Below, piece after piece: positions 29,110 through 38,900 of a stretch of 64,000 bases of DNA. The notes below the pieces were generated by a model. It had not been told where the DNA came from. It saw only the letters and a list, made by a program, of their open reading frames with translations, and searched no databases. Location of the stretch: positions 32,001-96,000 of the IMG/VR virus record IMGVR_UViG_3300020183_000012; one strand, written 5' to 3'. Source of the DNA: a virus. The first letter of the stretch is position 1. Every line of letters begins with the position of its first letter. The translations under genes were made by a program, and so were the position numbers.

Positions 29110-29496
29110 AGACTTGCGCAACTCCTCCAAATCAGACAGGTCTTTGACTTTGGTTCCGCTGTCATATGACCATGCATAGCCAAGCTTCACCATTATGTCA
29201 TTAATTGCCTCTCCGTCCGATTCCCTTATGACCCCAAGCAGTCTGCCATATTTGTCGTCCTTGAATGTATTGATGACCAAGTTGTTTTTGTTCTTTTGGA
29301 GCCAAGATTCCAGAAATTCTTTGGATTCTTTGCCCATGGACTTTTCTTTCAGATTTTTTGTGTGAGTTTCAGGAGCGTCAATCCCGTATAGCCTGATTCT
29401 CTGCTTACAAAATATGCCAAATCCCAGATCTAGGGTGCAGTCAACGGTGTCTCCATCCACAACTTTTTCTATAGACGCAATTTTATATTCGTACAT
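29098..29496 (-). CDS. Thermonuclease (SNase) family nuclease
   Basis: VVDGDTVD, RIRLYGIDAPE, DKYGRLL, INDIMV..GYA. Confidence 0.9.
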   Translation of the reverse strand: MYEYKIASIEKVVDGDTVDCTLDLGFGIFCKQRIRLYGIDAPETHTKNLKEKSMGKESKEFLESWLQKNKNNLVINTFKDDKYGRLLGVIRESDGEAINDIMVKLGYAWSYDSGTKVKDLSDLEELRKSSGS

Positions 29497-29593
29497 GCAT
29501 CCTATTACTAGCTTCTGCTTAGCAAATCCTCCTAATACAGAGAGCGTGTGAAGCCGAAGATAAATTAAGATCCGCTCTGAAAACCCTCTAATA

Positions 29594-29758
29594 CATCGCT
29601 AGGAAGCCTCTCCTCCATCGCTAGGGGAATGTATCGGTTCCCCTCTCCTCCATCGCTAGGAGCCTCTCCTCCATCGCTAGGGGACTATCCTCCATCGCTA
29701 GGGGAATGTATCGGTTCCCCTCTCCTCCATCGCTAGGAGCCTCTAGTCCATCGCTAGG
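29594..29758. repeat. Seven iteron-like CATCGCTAGG repeats
   Basis: Copies at ~29594, 29616, 29651, 29672, 29693, 29728, 29749, most preceded by CTCTCCTC. Confidence 0.85.
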
Positions 29759-29762
29759 GAGT

Positions 29763-29932
29763 TACGCACTGCGTCTCCATTAGTAAATTATTTTGTTTTC
29801 CTGATTCCTAAATAATCCCCACTTTGCCCCACATTGCGACACTTTTCTACGCACTGCGTCTCCATTAGTAAATTATTTTGTTTTCCTGATTCCTAAATAA
29901 TCCCCACTTTGCCCCACATTGCGACACTTTTC
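29763..29932. repeat. Perfect 85-bp tandem duplication
   Basis: TACGCACTGCGTCTCCATTAGTAAATT...GCGACACTTTTC at 29763 and 29848. Confidence 0.9.
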
Positions 29933-30028
29933 TACACTCTTCGACACTGCTGTTTTTATAACATGCCGATGCTGGCACTGAGTTATTAATTTTGTAACAT
30001 GCTAATTGGGCGTGCTGTTCTGCATGCC

Positions 30029-30066
30029 AAAAAAGAACCCGCCCTTTTTTGAGGACGGGTTCTTTT
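30029..30066. terminator. Intrinsic terminator (bidirectional form)
   Basis: AAAAAAGAACCCGCCC...GGACGGGTTCTTTT downstream of the minus-strand gene. Confidence 0.7.
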
Positions 30067-30117
30067 GGAAATCAAGCGTACCCTGGCGTGTACGCAAGCC
30101 CCTTTGTGGGGAGTTTT

Positions 30118-30900
30118 TTAGAACTTTAGTTGGGCACTGAATCCGACGATGAGTTCGAGTTCGGGTGCATTATTGTTACTGAATGGGATATCGCAATTGA
30201 ACCCGAGTGATGCGTTGCTGCATGGTGTCCACTGGAGTGCTGGTCCTATTGTGTTGACGTTGCTGCCGTTGTCGAGGTACCAGAAGTTATAGTTGGCTCC
30301 GACTTCGATAGTTTTCGAGAGGTTGTAGGCGAGTCCACCCTTTACGTTGGCGATATCTTCTGTGGTGAAGCCACCGAAGACTGGGATATAGTCTCCATTG
30401 GTATTGAACTCCCAGTTCATTCCTGCGTTCCAGTGTAGTGCTTCGACGGGTGTACTGCCGTCCATCCAGGCACCGAGGACGGGGTTAACGCCGTTTCCAC
30501 CGAATCCTGCGGAGTCTGTGGGTAGTTTGAGGTCAAGTGCGAGAGAGAGGGTATCTACGAAGGATACTGGCTTGTGTAGTGCGACCCAGGAGAGTCCGAG
30601 ATCAAGCATGCCTGTGCCTGTGGATCCGTCCGTATAGACGGGGAGTGTGAGGCTGGCACTGAGGTCTTGTATTGGTGTTTGCCAGTCTATTGTGGACAGG
30701 AACTGTGTGACGTTAGTGTTCTGCAGGTTGAAGAAGTTGATTTCTTCGGAGAACGAGAACTTTGCGAGGCTGAGGGCGTCGCATGCTGGTGTTGCTGGTG
30801 TTTCGTCCCCTGCGATGGCGGGTGGGCAGCAGCCGTCCCCTGCGATGGCGGCTGTTGAGAGTGCAGCTACGAGGGTTGCTGAAATTGTGTAACTATTCAT
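30118..30900 (-). CDS. Exported outer-membrane beta-barrel-like protein
   Basis: SD AAGGAG; signal peptide MNSYTISATLVAALSTAAIA; amphipathic beta strands; terminal VGFSAQLKF. Confidence 0.7.
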   Translation of the reverse strand: MNSYTISATLVAALSTAAIAGDGCCPPAIAGDETPATPACDALSLAKFSFSEEINFFNLQNTNVTQFLSTIDWQTPIQDLSASLTLPVYTDGSTGTGMLDLGLSWVALHKPVSFVDTLSLALDLKLPTDSAGFGGNGVNPVLGAWMDGSTPVEALHWNAGMNWEFNTNGDYIPVFGGFTTEDIANVKGGLAYNLSKTIEVGANYNFWYLDNGSNVNTIGPALQWTPCSNASLGFNCDIPFSNNNAPELELIVGFSAQLKF

Positions 30901-31367
30901 TATATGAATCTCCTTGCCCCTGTGGGGCCTGTAAAGTGTATGAGGGTTATTATCGACAGAGCTGGATATAATCCTTTTTGGTGTACGCTCTGGTATAAAG
31001 GGGCTTCTCCGCACTCTTAAGCAAACCTTACCTTAAAAAATGTGTATTATGAGTTATTAATAATTTGGAGTGGCTGGAGAAGCCCCCTAACCAGTGTCTC
31101 TGTACAGGGTTCTGGAGTTCTGGCTCTGGAGGGTGTGTATCCTGAGTTTTTGTTATCCAGATGTGTCAGAGATATACTGTTCTCGGCCATTTTCTTTTTC
31201 CCTATAGAGTTCAGGTGTAATATTTTCGGTTTTTTATTTTTGTTCCTTCTGGTATTATTTTTGTTTCTGTGATTAAAAAAAGTCCCTCTGCACGCAGAAG
31301 GGGTCTGCGGCAGAGGGTTTGGAAACCGGAGAGTTCTGGACTCTCTGGAATGTTCTATGGGGGTTTA

Positions 31368-31667
31368 TTATTTGGTTTTGGGATATTTTTCCTGCCCCGA
31401 AATATTATTTACGGCCTTTTTTCTTGTATTTTTGAGGTAGGTCCAGTCTTTGTTCCGGAGAGCTGACCAGGAGATGTGGAGGGCCCATGTTGCGTACAGG
31501 TAGTCGTCAATGGCGTCTGGGTGGAGCGGTGGGATTTCCCGAATGGCGTTGTCGAGTTCGGTTTCCAGGAGTTCAAGAAGTGATTCTGCTTCGGGCAGAT
31601 CTGTGTCTACGGCGAGGGCACTGTTTCCGATATCGATGAATTTTTGTGAAGACATGAAAGTTTTCAT
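31368..31667 (-). CDS. Hypothetical protein
   Basis: 99-aa ORF following the lipoprotein gene. Confidence 0.5.
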   Translation of the reverse strand: MKTFMSSQKFIDIGNSALAVDTDLPEAESLLELLETELDNAIREIPPLHPDAIDDYLYATWALHISWSALRNKDWTYLKNTRKKAVNNISGQEKYPKTK

Positions 31668-31685
31668 AATGATTATTTTCTAGTG

Positions 31686-32318
31686 TTAGCGGTTGCGTCG
31701 GAGTTGTTGGCGGATTTCGGGTCCTTGAGAGAGGAGGGTCACGGCTCGTTTTGAAGCATCGGATGCTGCGGTCATGCACGCACTAAACTGGTCCTGTAGT
31801 CCCAGGCCCTGAGCTTCGTAGATCATGGCAATCGCTTCATTCGCACAGATTCCTGTCTGTTCGATCTTCAGGTGGATGGTTTCGGGTTCATCCCAGAGAT
31901 CCATTGACCGATCAATTGAATTGATAGTGGATTTGATGTAGAGAAGTTGATCCTCCGCAGCACTGCGCAGGGGGATGAAGGTGTCTACGTAGGCAAGGGT
32001 CCCTTCCCCTTGGGCGATGCGGAGTCTCCTGAGAAGTTCGTCTCTCTCGTGAGGCGAGAAATCCCATTCGTAGATGTCTCGTCTGATCCCTAGGCGTACA
32101 CTGCGTGCCCAATCGTCTTTAAGAGTTAACTCTTTGTAATTAGGGCACTTACGCATCTCATCCAGGAGCGTAGAGTGGAATCTGAACCAGGTTTCCATTC
32201 GGCTCTCCGGAGAGCCCTGAACGGAGGATCGTTCTGCCTGAGAGTCGGATACAGTCGCGCAGGCTGTCTGGAACAGGAGGGATACAGGAAGGATCAAGAC
32301 GGCTAATGCATTTTTCAT
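31686..32318 (-). CDS. Putative lipoprotein
   Basis: SD GGAG; MKNALAVLILPVSLLFQTA-C. Confidence 0.55.
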   Translation of the reverse strand: MKNALAVLILPVSLLFQTACATVSDSQAERSSVQGSPESRMETWFRFHSTLLDEMRKCPNYKELTLKDDWARSVRLGIRRDIYEWDFSPHERDELLRRLRIAQGEGTLAYVDTFIPLRSAAEDQLLYIKSTINSIDRSMDLWDEPETIHLKIEQTGICANEAIAMIYEAQGLGLQDQFSACMTAASDASKRAVTLLSQGPEIRQQLRRNR

Positions 32319-32769
32319 ATTGTCTCCAGCCCTGACGCGCACCCTTGTAGTGCTCATTTTCGATGATTTTTGAAAGATGAGATCTGAATATGGAGGCACT
32401 GAGGGCCTTGGGGCCCAGCAGCGCTTCGGGTGAAGCGGGACGCACTGAACCGTCCCTACGGTCATATTTTTTGCCATCAGGATGGTTTGCGTACCTGCGT
32501 GCTCGGGTAAAGCCCATCTGGATAAACTTTCTGGCCATGTCGGCACCAGGGAAGTCTCCGTCCAGTGAGTATCTGCAGTAGAGAGACAGGATGCTGGACG
32601 CACTGAGCTGAGCTTCGGCAGGAGCCCGGAATCTCCAGTGAGGCAAGATCTCTGACTTGTAGGGTTGAACTAAAAGAACCCCCTGCTCTCCTCTTCCGAC
32701 TCTGTACAGATGCGGTGTCTCCCGCATGTTCAGCTCTCCGTAGGGAAGGTTGTAATTAAAAGGAGCCAT
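32158..32769 (-). CDS. DUF4385 family protein
   Basis: YRVGRGEQGVLLVQPYKSEILPHWRF and ADMARKFIQMGFTRARRYANH. Confidence 0.85.
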   Translation of the reverse strand: MAPFNYNLPYGELNMRETPHLYRVGRGEQGVLLVQPYKSEILPHWRFRAPAEAQLSASSILSLYCRYSLDGDFPGADMARKFIQMGFTRARRYANHPDGKKYDRRDGSVRPASPEALLGPKALSASIFRSHLSKIIENEHYKGARQGWRQYEKCISRLDPSCIPPVPDSLRDCIRLSGRTILRSGLSGEPNGNLVQIPLYAPG

Positions 32770-32954
32770 TCTTTTCGAATCTGATGATTGGTGACTCTGG
32801 CACCACTTGGTGGCGGAGTCACGGTACGAACGGAGGGTCTCGGTTGGGTAATTTTATTTTGCATAATTTTTTTGGTAAAAGAAATGTCCCGCTTTGACGA
32901 AAGAATTCTCTAGGTTCTATTTTTGCCCGAATAATTTAAAAAAGGAGTCCAAGC

Positions 32955-33347
32955 ATGGATAGCAAAGCAAGAGAGATAGACGGAAGCCAGTTCAGAGAGG
33001 TTGTTCTAGAGAACCCAAAGCCAGTCATGGTCGATTTTTACGCCCAATGGTGCGGACCTTGTCGTCTCATGTCACCGGTCGTTGACCGGTTAGCAGGTGA
33101 GTGGAGTGACCGCGTGGAGATCGTGAAGGTAGACACAGACAAGGCAGGAGAGATCTGTCGTGAGCTGGGGGTGCAGGCGCTGCCCACGGTCATGATTTTT
33201 TGGGCAGGAGAGACGATTGCCCGATTAGTTGGTTTCCGTGGCGAAGACGGGTTGCGCAGAGAGCTGAAGCGGGCAGAAGAGATCTGTGCGGAATATTCCC
33301 GGAGCTCGGACAGTCCCGACTCGGGGCACCGAGAAGGGGCGGACTAG
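32955..33347 (+). CDS. trxA: Thioredoxin
   Basis: VDFYAQWCGPC active site; cis-Pro LPT; SD AAGGAG. Confidence 0.92.
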   Translation: MDSKAREIDGSQFREVVLENPKPVMVDFYAQWCGPCRLMSPVVDRLAGEWSDRVEIVKVDTDKAGEICRELGVQALPTVMIFWAGETIARLVGFRGEDGLRRELKRAEEICAEYSRSSDSPDSGHREGAD

Positions 33348-34039
33348 AGAGACGTGCCTATTAGGGTCTCTTCTCTTTGGGTCAAGGGTGGGTAAAAGTC
33401 AGGGTTCTGCCACAATCCATGGTGTAGCCAGTACTTTGAATACATATTACGAGTATTCCAGATCTCCCCACGTGTCCATCCATACAGGTGGAATGGCAGC
33501 CCCCAATGCATGCGCAATAGCAGGAAGATCATTATCCCAGTCTCAAAATTTCTGCTTAGGTAGGGCGCACTGAATGCAAAACGGAAAGGAAGCAACCAAG
33601 CAAACTCCGCCTGCTGGAGGGCTCGAGCTGACTCGAGAGCCCGTATGTGCTCAATTGCCTTTATTATAAAGGCCTCACCACTTTCCCTAGACAGACAACC
33701 AGTAGGTATGGGGTCTGCAGGTACACGCAGAGGGGGCGTCTTGGTTCTACGAATCTCCCAGTCAGATCCAGAACGGGCGTCCACAGAGGCCTGAACAAGT
33801 GATGCGACGGAGCTCACGTGTTCCGTTTTTAGGGTACCCATATCCGTTACCTCTCCGTACAGTGCATAGACTTTATTAATCAGCAACATTGTCCCCCGAA
33901 TGGCAGGATCTGTTTGCTCCATTCGATTGTGGGTGTGCTCAATAATTGAAAAATCGCTACGTTCCACCCCCGAAATATGGAGGAAGTTTTTCACAAATGT
34001 GGAAAGGTAGACAGGTTCAACCCGAGGAAAAGGACGCAT
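33344..34039 (-). CDS. Hypothetical protein, possibly degenerate Fic-like fold
   Basis: 231 aa; SAPYLSRNFETG lies where HPFxxGNGR would be, followed by ..LRMHWGLP. Confidence 0.4.
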   Translation of the reverse strand: MRPFPRVEPVYLSTFVKNFLHISGVERSDFSIIEHTHNRMEQTDPAIRGTMLLINKVYALYGEVTDMGTLKTEHVSSVASLVQASVDARSGSDWEIRRTKTPPLRVPADPIPTGCLSRESGEAFIIKAIEHIRALESARALQQAEFAWLLPFRFAFSAPYLSRNFETGIMIFLLLRMHWGLPFHLYGWTRGEIWNTRNMYSKYWLHHGLWQNPDFYPPLTQREETLIGTSL

Positions 34040-34112
34040 AGGCTTTAAAAAAATAACGAATGGATTTGTTAAAAACGTACCCTTTTCTCGTCCAAATTAA
34101 GAGAATCAAAAA

Positions 34113-34748
34113 ATGACAAGTTTAGTAAAAGAAAATTATTCACACGTCAGGAAAATGACGGATCGCTCAAAATCAGGAAGCACTGAACTTCTTAAACTGA
34201 GGAAACACCATCTCAGCTCATGTGAGCTCTCGTGTGTGAGTAGAGCTTGGTCAGACGGCGTATGGGTAGCACCGTACCGCAAAGGCATACGTTCCTGCTT
34301 CGTAGGCGCACTCTGGGAACTTGGCAAGGACACTCCACACAGGACAGAGAATGTTTGCGAAAAATTCATCGATATCGCTGCCCTGACGGAACTTAAAGGG
34401 GGTACGGTTCTTGACTCCTATAGGAAGAGAAGAGCTGGATCAGAGAACCCGAAGAACATGATCGACATCGGTCGGGAGCTCCAGAGACTCTCCGGCATGC
34501 ATCCCTATGGCCTCAAACTGGCACAGATAGGACATTCTGTGGATATATTGAGCATTGGTGGGGATATCCATATCCGCTTGGCTTCACACGTCCAGGGGAA
34601 GGTCGTCATCCCCCGGAATGACCTGGTCACCCCGTACCGCAAGAACACAGTGCTGGCGACGGTGGAACTGACATCAGATCTGCAGAATTCGGGAAGATGG
34701 ACAACAATCCGCGAAATCCGTGACTGCGACTGTGATAGCAAAAATTAA
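34113..34748 (+). CDS. Hypothetical protein
   Basis: 211-aa ORF. Confidence 0.6.
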   Translation: MTSLVKENYSHVRKMTDRSKSGSTELLKLRKHHLSSCELSCVSRAWSDGVWVAPYRKGIRSCFVGALWELGKDTPHRTENVCEKFIDIAALTELKGGTVLDSYRKRRAGSENPKNMIDIGRELQRLSGMHPYGLKLAQIGHSVDILSIGGDIHIRLASHVQGKVVIPRNDLVTPYRKNTVLATVELTSDLQNSGRWTTIREIRDCDCDSKN

Positions 34749-34811
34749 TCGGATGAAAGTTTCCGGGAAGCGGTTCTGAAAATTACATCGGCGGATCGAA
34801 GCACGCACCAC

Positions 34812-34839
34812 TTGACAGAGGGGTGCGCTGTGGTATATT
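34812..34839 (+). promoter_or_regulatory. Canonical sigma70-type promoter
   Basis: TTGACA-N16-TATATT with TG extension. Confidence 0.55.
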
Positions 34840-34940
34840 ACGACACTTTGGTGAGTTGTTTAAGACCGGGGCAAAAGTTTCATCGTGAGAATACGCTAGT
34901 AGGGTTCGCCACATTTCTGATTCAGAGGAGAAAAATAATT

Positions 34941-35900
34941 ATGGCTCGTACAAAGGGGACTGTGGAGGGAATTGTCGGCAAGGTTTCTCTCGGCAGACAG
35001 GTTGAGTTCTTTGTCCAACTGTTCGGTTGGGACGAGGAACGGATTGTGGCTGCTCTCGTTGCCACCGATCCGACCGTTTCCGATCCTGATAAGATGAAGA
35101 ATCTCAGGAATCTTATCCGTGTAACAAAAAGCAAGTTCAAGTTTGAAACTCAGGAGAGTGACATGATTGATGGCATTGTCGGCAAAGGCGAAATGGTTGG
35201 TTTTGACAATATCAAGGCTCAACCAGTTGACCGGATTGCCTGTGGAATAAGCCAAATTGACGAATTGTTTGGTTATTCCGATGAGTTCAAGCGTTGGGGA
35301 TTTCCGCGTGGTCAGGTGAGCCTTATCGCGGGAAGTCCGGGTGTCGGAAAGACCCGACTCATGGTTGCCGTCTGTGGCTCCATGACGGAACCCATAGCCA
35401 AAAAGAAGTCCACGGCTGTCTACTTTCAGAACGAGTTTGCCCTAAGCCAGTTCAAAGTCATGTCTAGCCGCGTAATCAAGGAAGGCAGTCGCTTCATCTG
35501 CGGCGATCTACACAGGTTGAAGGATCAGTTGGACTGGATTACGGAGCAAAAACTTTGTCCCGACCTTGTTGTCGTTGATTCGATTCAGATGCTTGCAGAG
35601 GCAAAGAACAGATCAGGCATTGAGCGATGTATTGCTGCCTACAAGTGTGCTGCAATGGAGCGCGGTTTCCATGTCTGCTTCATCGGTCAGTTGAACAAGC
35701 AGGGTGAAGTTGCGGGTAGCCGAAGCGTGGAACACCTTGTGGATCAGGTATTTACGGCGAAAACTGCCTTTCTTCCAAACCAGTTCTCTCTCCATGTCAC
35801 GAAGAACCGTTGGGGTCGTTCAGGTATCTCTGCCCGGTTTGAACACCACGGGTTCGGAGTCCGCTGCGTCAGCGAAGGGTTGAGTTTGGCGGAAAAATAA
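34941..35900 (+). CDS. RadA/Sms-like RecA-fold ATPase lacking Zn-finger and Lon domains
   Basis: Walker A GSPGVGKT, VVVDSIQ, GQLNKQGEVAGSRSVEHLVD, KNRWG; SD GAGGAG. Confidence 0.85.
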   Translation: MARTKGTVEGIVGKVSLGRQVEFFVQLFGWDEERIVAALVATDPTVSDPDKMKNLRNLIRVTKSKFKFETQESDMIDGIVGKGEMVGFDNIKAQPVDRIACGISQIDELFGYSDEFKRWGFPRGQVSLIAGSPGVGKTRLMVAVCGSMTEPIAKKKSTAVYFQNEFALSQFKVMSSRVIKEGSRFICGDLHRLKDQLDWITEQKLCPDLVVVDSIQMLAEAKNRSGIERCIAAYKCAAMERGFHVCFIGQLNKQGEVAGSRSVEHLVDQVFTAKTAFLPNQFSLHVTKNRWGRSGISARFEHHGFGVRCVSEGLSLAEK

Positions 35901-36028
35901 TTAATCGTTTGAAAAGTCTCAAACTTCTTTCCCCAAAATTACATCAGGGGAATACACTAATGGAGTGACCAACAAGAACTCTCAGCGTTGAGAGTCAGGA
36001 TTGGTCAATAACAAGTAAGGATACAGTA

Positions 36029-36649
36029 ATGTTTAATCCCATTGTTCGTCCGTCCGCTGTCTACAACGAGTCCACCGGGGAATACGATTGCTCGGTCACG
36101 AAGGATCAGGCGATCCTCGCCGCAGCCATCTCCTCCTGCTTTGGTTCAGGCGAGGCTGACAAGGCAATCATCGCCGCTTGCAAGCGTTCGTTTGAGCCGA
36201 ATCAGCAGTACCACTTCGATGCCAACATCCGCATCCGTGGGACGCTCAAGACGCAGAAGCCCCGCGTCTGCGCGGTCAAGGCGAAGGACAACTACAAGGC
36301 GGCTCTCATCGAACTCCTCAGCGATGCAGCCGTTCCTCAGTCGGTCAAGGACCGCATCCGCATCAAGTTCACCGCTGAGTCCGCTCGGCGTGATGGCTTC
36401 GACACCAAGACCATCCTCACATCGGTTGATCCCGCCGTGCGCGAGACAATCGAAGGCATGGACCGTTCGCTCCCCGAAGAGGTGACTTATCCGCCGTCCG
36501 TCAGCGGGACCGTCACTTGGGAGACTGTTGAAGTCCCCGTTGCCCGTTCGGAGCCTGAGCGCATCCCGGTCGGCACGGGAGGAAAGGCGATCACCAAGCG
36601 GAGCGATGAGGGCAAGACCTCGCCGCGCAAGAGCGTGAATGGTCGCTGA
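36029..36649 (+). CDS. Hypothetical protein
   Basis: 206 aa; SD AAGGA; repeat promoter upstream. Confidence 0.7.
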   Translation: MFNPIVRPSAVYNESTGEYDCSVTKDQAILAAAISSCFGSGEADKAIIAACKRSFEPNQQYHFDANIRIRGTLKTQKPRVCAVKAKDNYKAALIELLSDAAVPQSVKDRIRIKFTAESARRDGFDTKTILTSVDPAVRETIEGMDRSLPEEVTYPPSVSGTVTWETVEVPVARSEPERIPVGTGGKAITKRSDEGKTSPRKSVNGR

Positions 36650-36749
36650 GACAGACACCGCAAACCCTCCCGGCATGGTTTTCTTTCGCCATGTCGGGAG
36701 GGAATCTTTCATCCCGTGAATAGGCTAATCGTGACACAAGGAGAACCCG

Positions 36750-37856
36750 ATGACTACCAAGACAATCGCCCGAATGCCGCTTGCATCAATGGTCAAGGTC
36801 GATGAACTCATCTCCAAGTTGGAGAAGCGTGACCGTGACCGCGAGGACTTTATGATCCTTGACCCTAAGGATGTGGACTTGCGCTACGAGATCGGAGACA
36901 AGGAGCAGGGAGAGAAGGACAAGTTCCTGATGACCTTCAACGACAGGGACATTGAACTGTCTGACTCCGCGATCTCATCCGCTTGCAGGATGCTCAAGAC
37001 AACTCCGCAGTATTTCCGCGAGAACTTCTCTGATTGGCAGCGGAAGTTCTGCTCCGACTTTTCGTCAGCAATGAGGCACAACGAGCGGGGCTGCTACGCC
37101 CGTACCGACTGCCTCCGCGATGGAATCAGCCGAAGGGTTGAGAGTTTCGTTGGAGGAAACTGGCAACTGAATGTCGGTGAAAGCACCATCGTCCGTGGAG
37201 TCGCGGAAAGACTGAACGCTCAGTACGGCGACAGCATCCTCGGTGTGCAAGTCGTGACCGAAGGCGGTCGCAACAGCGTGTACCGATTCGTGTTCGGCAA
37301 CACGATCATGGGCAACGACAACCATGTGAAGATGTATCCCATGATCTCGCTGATCCACAGCCCGTATGGATTCAGCACTACGGAACTCTCGCTCGGCATC
37401 TACCGCGTGATCTGCGAGAACGGTGCGTTGCGCCGTGACTTCTCTGCGGGAACCGCCAAGTGGAATCAGCGCAGCAACCCCGACACATTCTTCTCCAAGA
37501 TGAACGGTGCGATTGACGCTGCGGGAGACTTCTCAAACGAGTGCAAGCGTCACTTTGAGCGAATGGTTGAAAAGAGAATCAACCACCACCCGCTCATCGT
37601 TCTTAAGAGCCTGTTCAACGGGAAGGCGATCACCAACTCCCATCTTGAGAGCGCAACGATGTTCCTGACGGAGCGTGACATCAGAACGGAGTACGATATG
37701 CTCAATGTCCTGACGGACTCTGCAAAGACGCTTCACCCGCTTCAGAAGCGTCAGGAAGCAGAAAGCAACGCCCTCCGCATTGCCATGCATGGGGACGGGT
37801 TTGGCGGGTTCGTCACGGAATCCCGTCTTGCCGAAATGGAACTTCTTGAGTCCTGA
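36750..37856 (+). CDS. DUF932-like protein
   Basis: LGIYRVICENG motif; C-terminal YD.LN.LT..A. Confidence 0.65.
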   Translation: MTTKTIARMPLASMVKVDELISKLEKRDRDREDFMILDPKDVDLRYEIGDKEQGEKDKFLMTFNDRDIELSDSAISSACRMLKTTPQYFRENFSDWQRKFCSDFSSAMRHNERGCYARTDCLRDGISRRVESFVGGNWQLNVGESTIVRGVAERLNAQYGDSILGVQVVTEGGRNSVYRFVFGNTIMGNDNHVKMYPMISLIHSPYGFSTTELSLGIYRVICENGALRRDFSAGTAKWNQRSNPDTFFSKMNGAIDAAGDFSNECKRHFERMVEKRINHHPLIVLKSLFNGKAITNSHLESATMFLTERDIRTEYDMLNVLTDSAKTLHPLQKRQEAESNALRIAMHGDGFGGFVTESRLAEMELLES

Positions 37857-37986
37857 TAACAACAAAAATTACATCGCAGAAATAAAGTAATATAAACAGG
37901 AAAGCGTTTGACTATTCTTGGCAAATGGCTATCCTAAATTGAAGTTAGGCGTTCCTAACAGATCCTTACCCCGGAGATTCAACACA

Positions 37987-38634
37987 ATGGCTAGAACTGC
38001 TACTCCCACCGTGACCGATTTCTCGGTCGAAACCATCCGCAAGTTCGCTCTGTCGAACAAGTCGTTCATCTCTGCCATCAACAAGCGGCGCAGGGAACTG
38101 ACGAGCCAACTCAGCGAGATCGACACGATGCTCGGCAACGAGGAAGAGGCTCCTAAAGGCAAGCCCGGTCGCAAGCCCGGTCGCAAGCCGGGTCGAAAGC
38201 CCGGTCGCAAGCCCGGTCGCCCCGCTGCGGTCAAGCGCGGTCGCCCTGCCAAGAAGAAGGCAGGAAAGGTTGGTCGCCCCCCGATGAAGAAGAAGCGGGC
38301 TTCGGCTACCGCTGCTCCGGCAACAGGTCGCGGTCGCGGTCGCCCGTCGAAGGGCAAGCACTCGCTCCGTGATGCCGTCCTGACCGTGATCCGCAACAAC
38401 GGCGGTCGCGTGGATGTCAGCGATATCATCAGCCACCTCAAGAGCGCGGGTTACGATGTGTCTGCCAAGACCATCAATGTGATGATCCAACACGCTCTCA
38501 GCGCACTCGCTAAGGACGGCATGATTGACCGTTCGGAGCGTGGCGTGGCGAAGGTCACCGCGAAGGGTTCCACCGCTACCGTGGTGGTCGAAGCGGCTGA
38601 TAACGCTGAGGAGTCCTCGGAAGTTGCCGCGTAA
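37987..38634 (+). CDS. Histone-like DNA-binding protein (KPGR repeats/AT-hooks + winged HTH)
   Basis: (KPGR)5, KRGRP, RGRGRP; C-terminal SLRDAVL..LKSAGY..ALSAL..IDRSERG. Confidence 0.7.
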   Translation: MARTATPTVTDFSVETIRKFALSNKSFISAINKRRRELTSQLSEIDTMLGNEEEAPKGKPGRKPGRKPGRKPGRKPGRPAAVKRGRPAKKKAGKVGRPPMKKKRASATAAPATGRGRGRPSKGKHSLRDAVLTVIRNNGGRVDVSDIISHLKSAGYDVSAKTINVMIQHALSALAKDGMIDRSERGVAKVTAKGSTATVVVEAADNAEESSEVAA

Positions 38635-38720
38635 AAATCCCAAATAGTGGGTGACGGACAGGAGAGCAGAGCCGTATACTCTCCTGTCCCCACCCTCTAA
38701 AGGGAACACCAAGCCCCCGG

Positions 38721-38763
38721 AAGGCGGTAGAGGTTGACTGCAAAGTCCCTCTACCGCTTTTTT
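38721..38763 (+). terminator. Intrinsic terminator
   Basis: AAGGCGGTAGAGG...CCTCTACCGCTTTTTT. Confidence 0.7.
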
Positions 38764-38812
38764 ATTAACCACCTTTTACCGATACAGACTTTGTGTTCGT
38801 AATCTTTAATGC

Positions 38813-38897
38813 GGGACTGTGGCGGAATCGGCATACGCAGCAGACTTAAAATCTGCCGACCTCAAAAGTCTTGTGGGTTCAAGTCCCACCAGTCTCA
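38813..38897 (+). tRNA. tRNA-Leu(TAA)
   Basis: GCAGA-CTTAAAA-TCTGC; long variable arm. Confidence 0.92.
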
Positions 38898-38900
38898 CTA

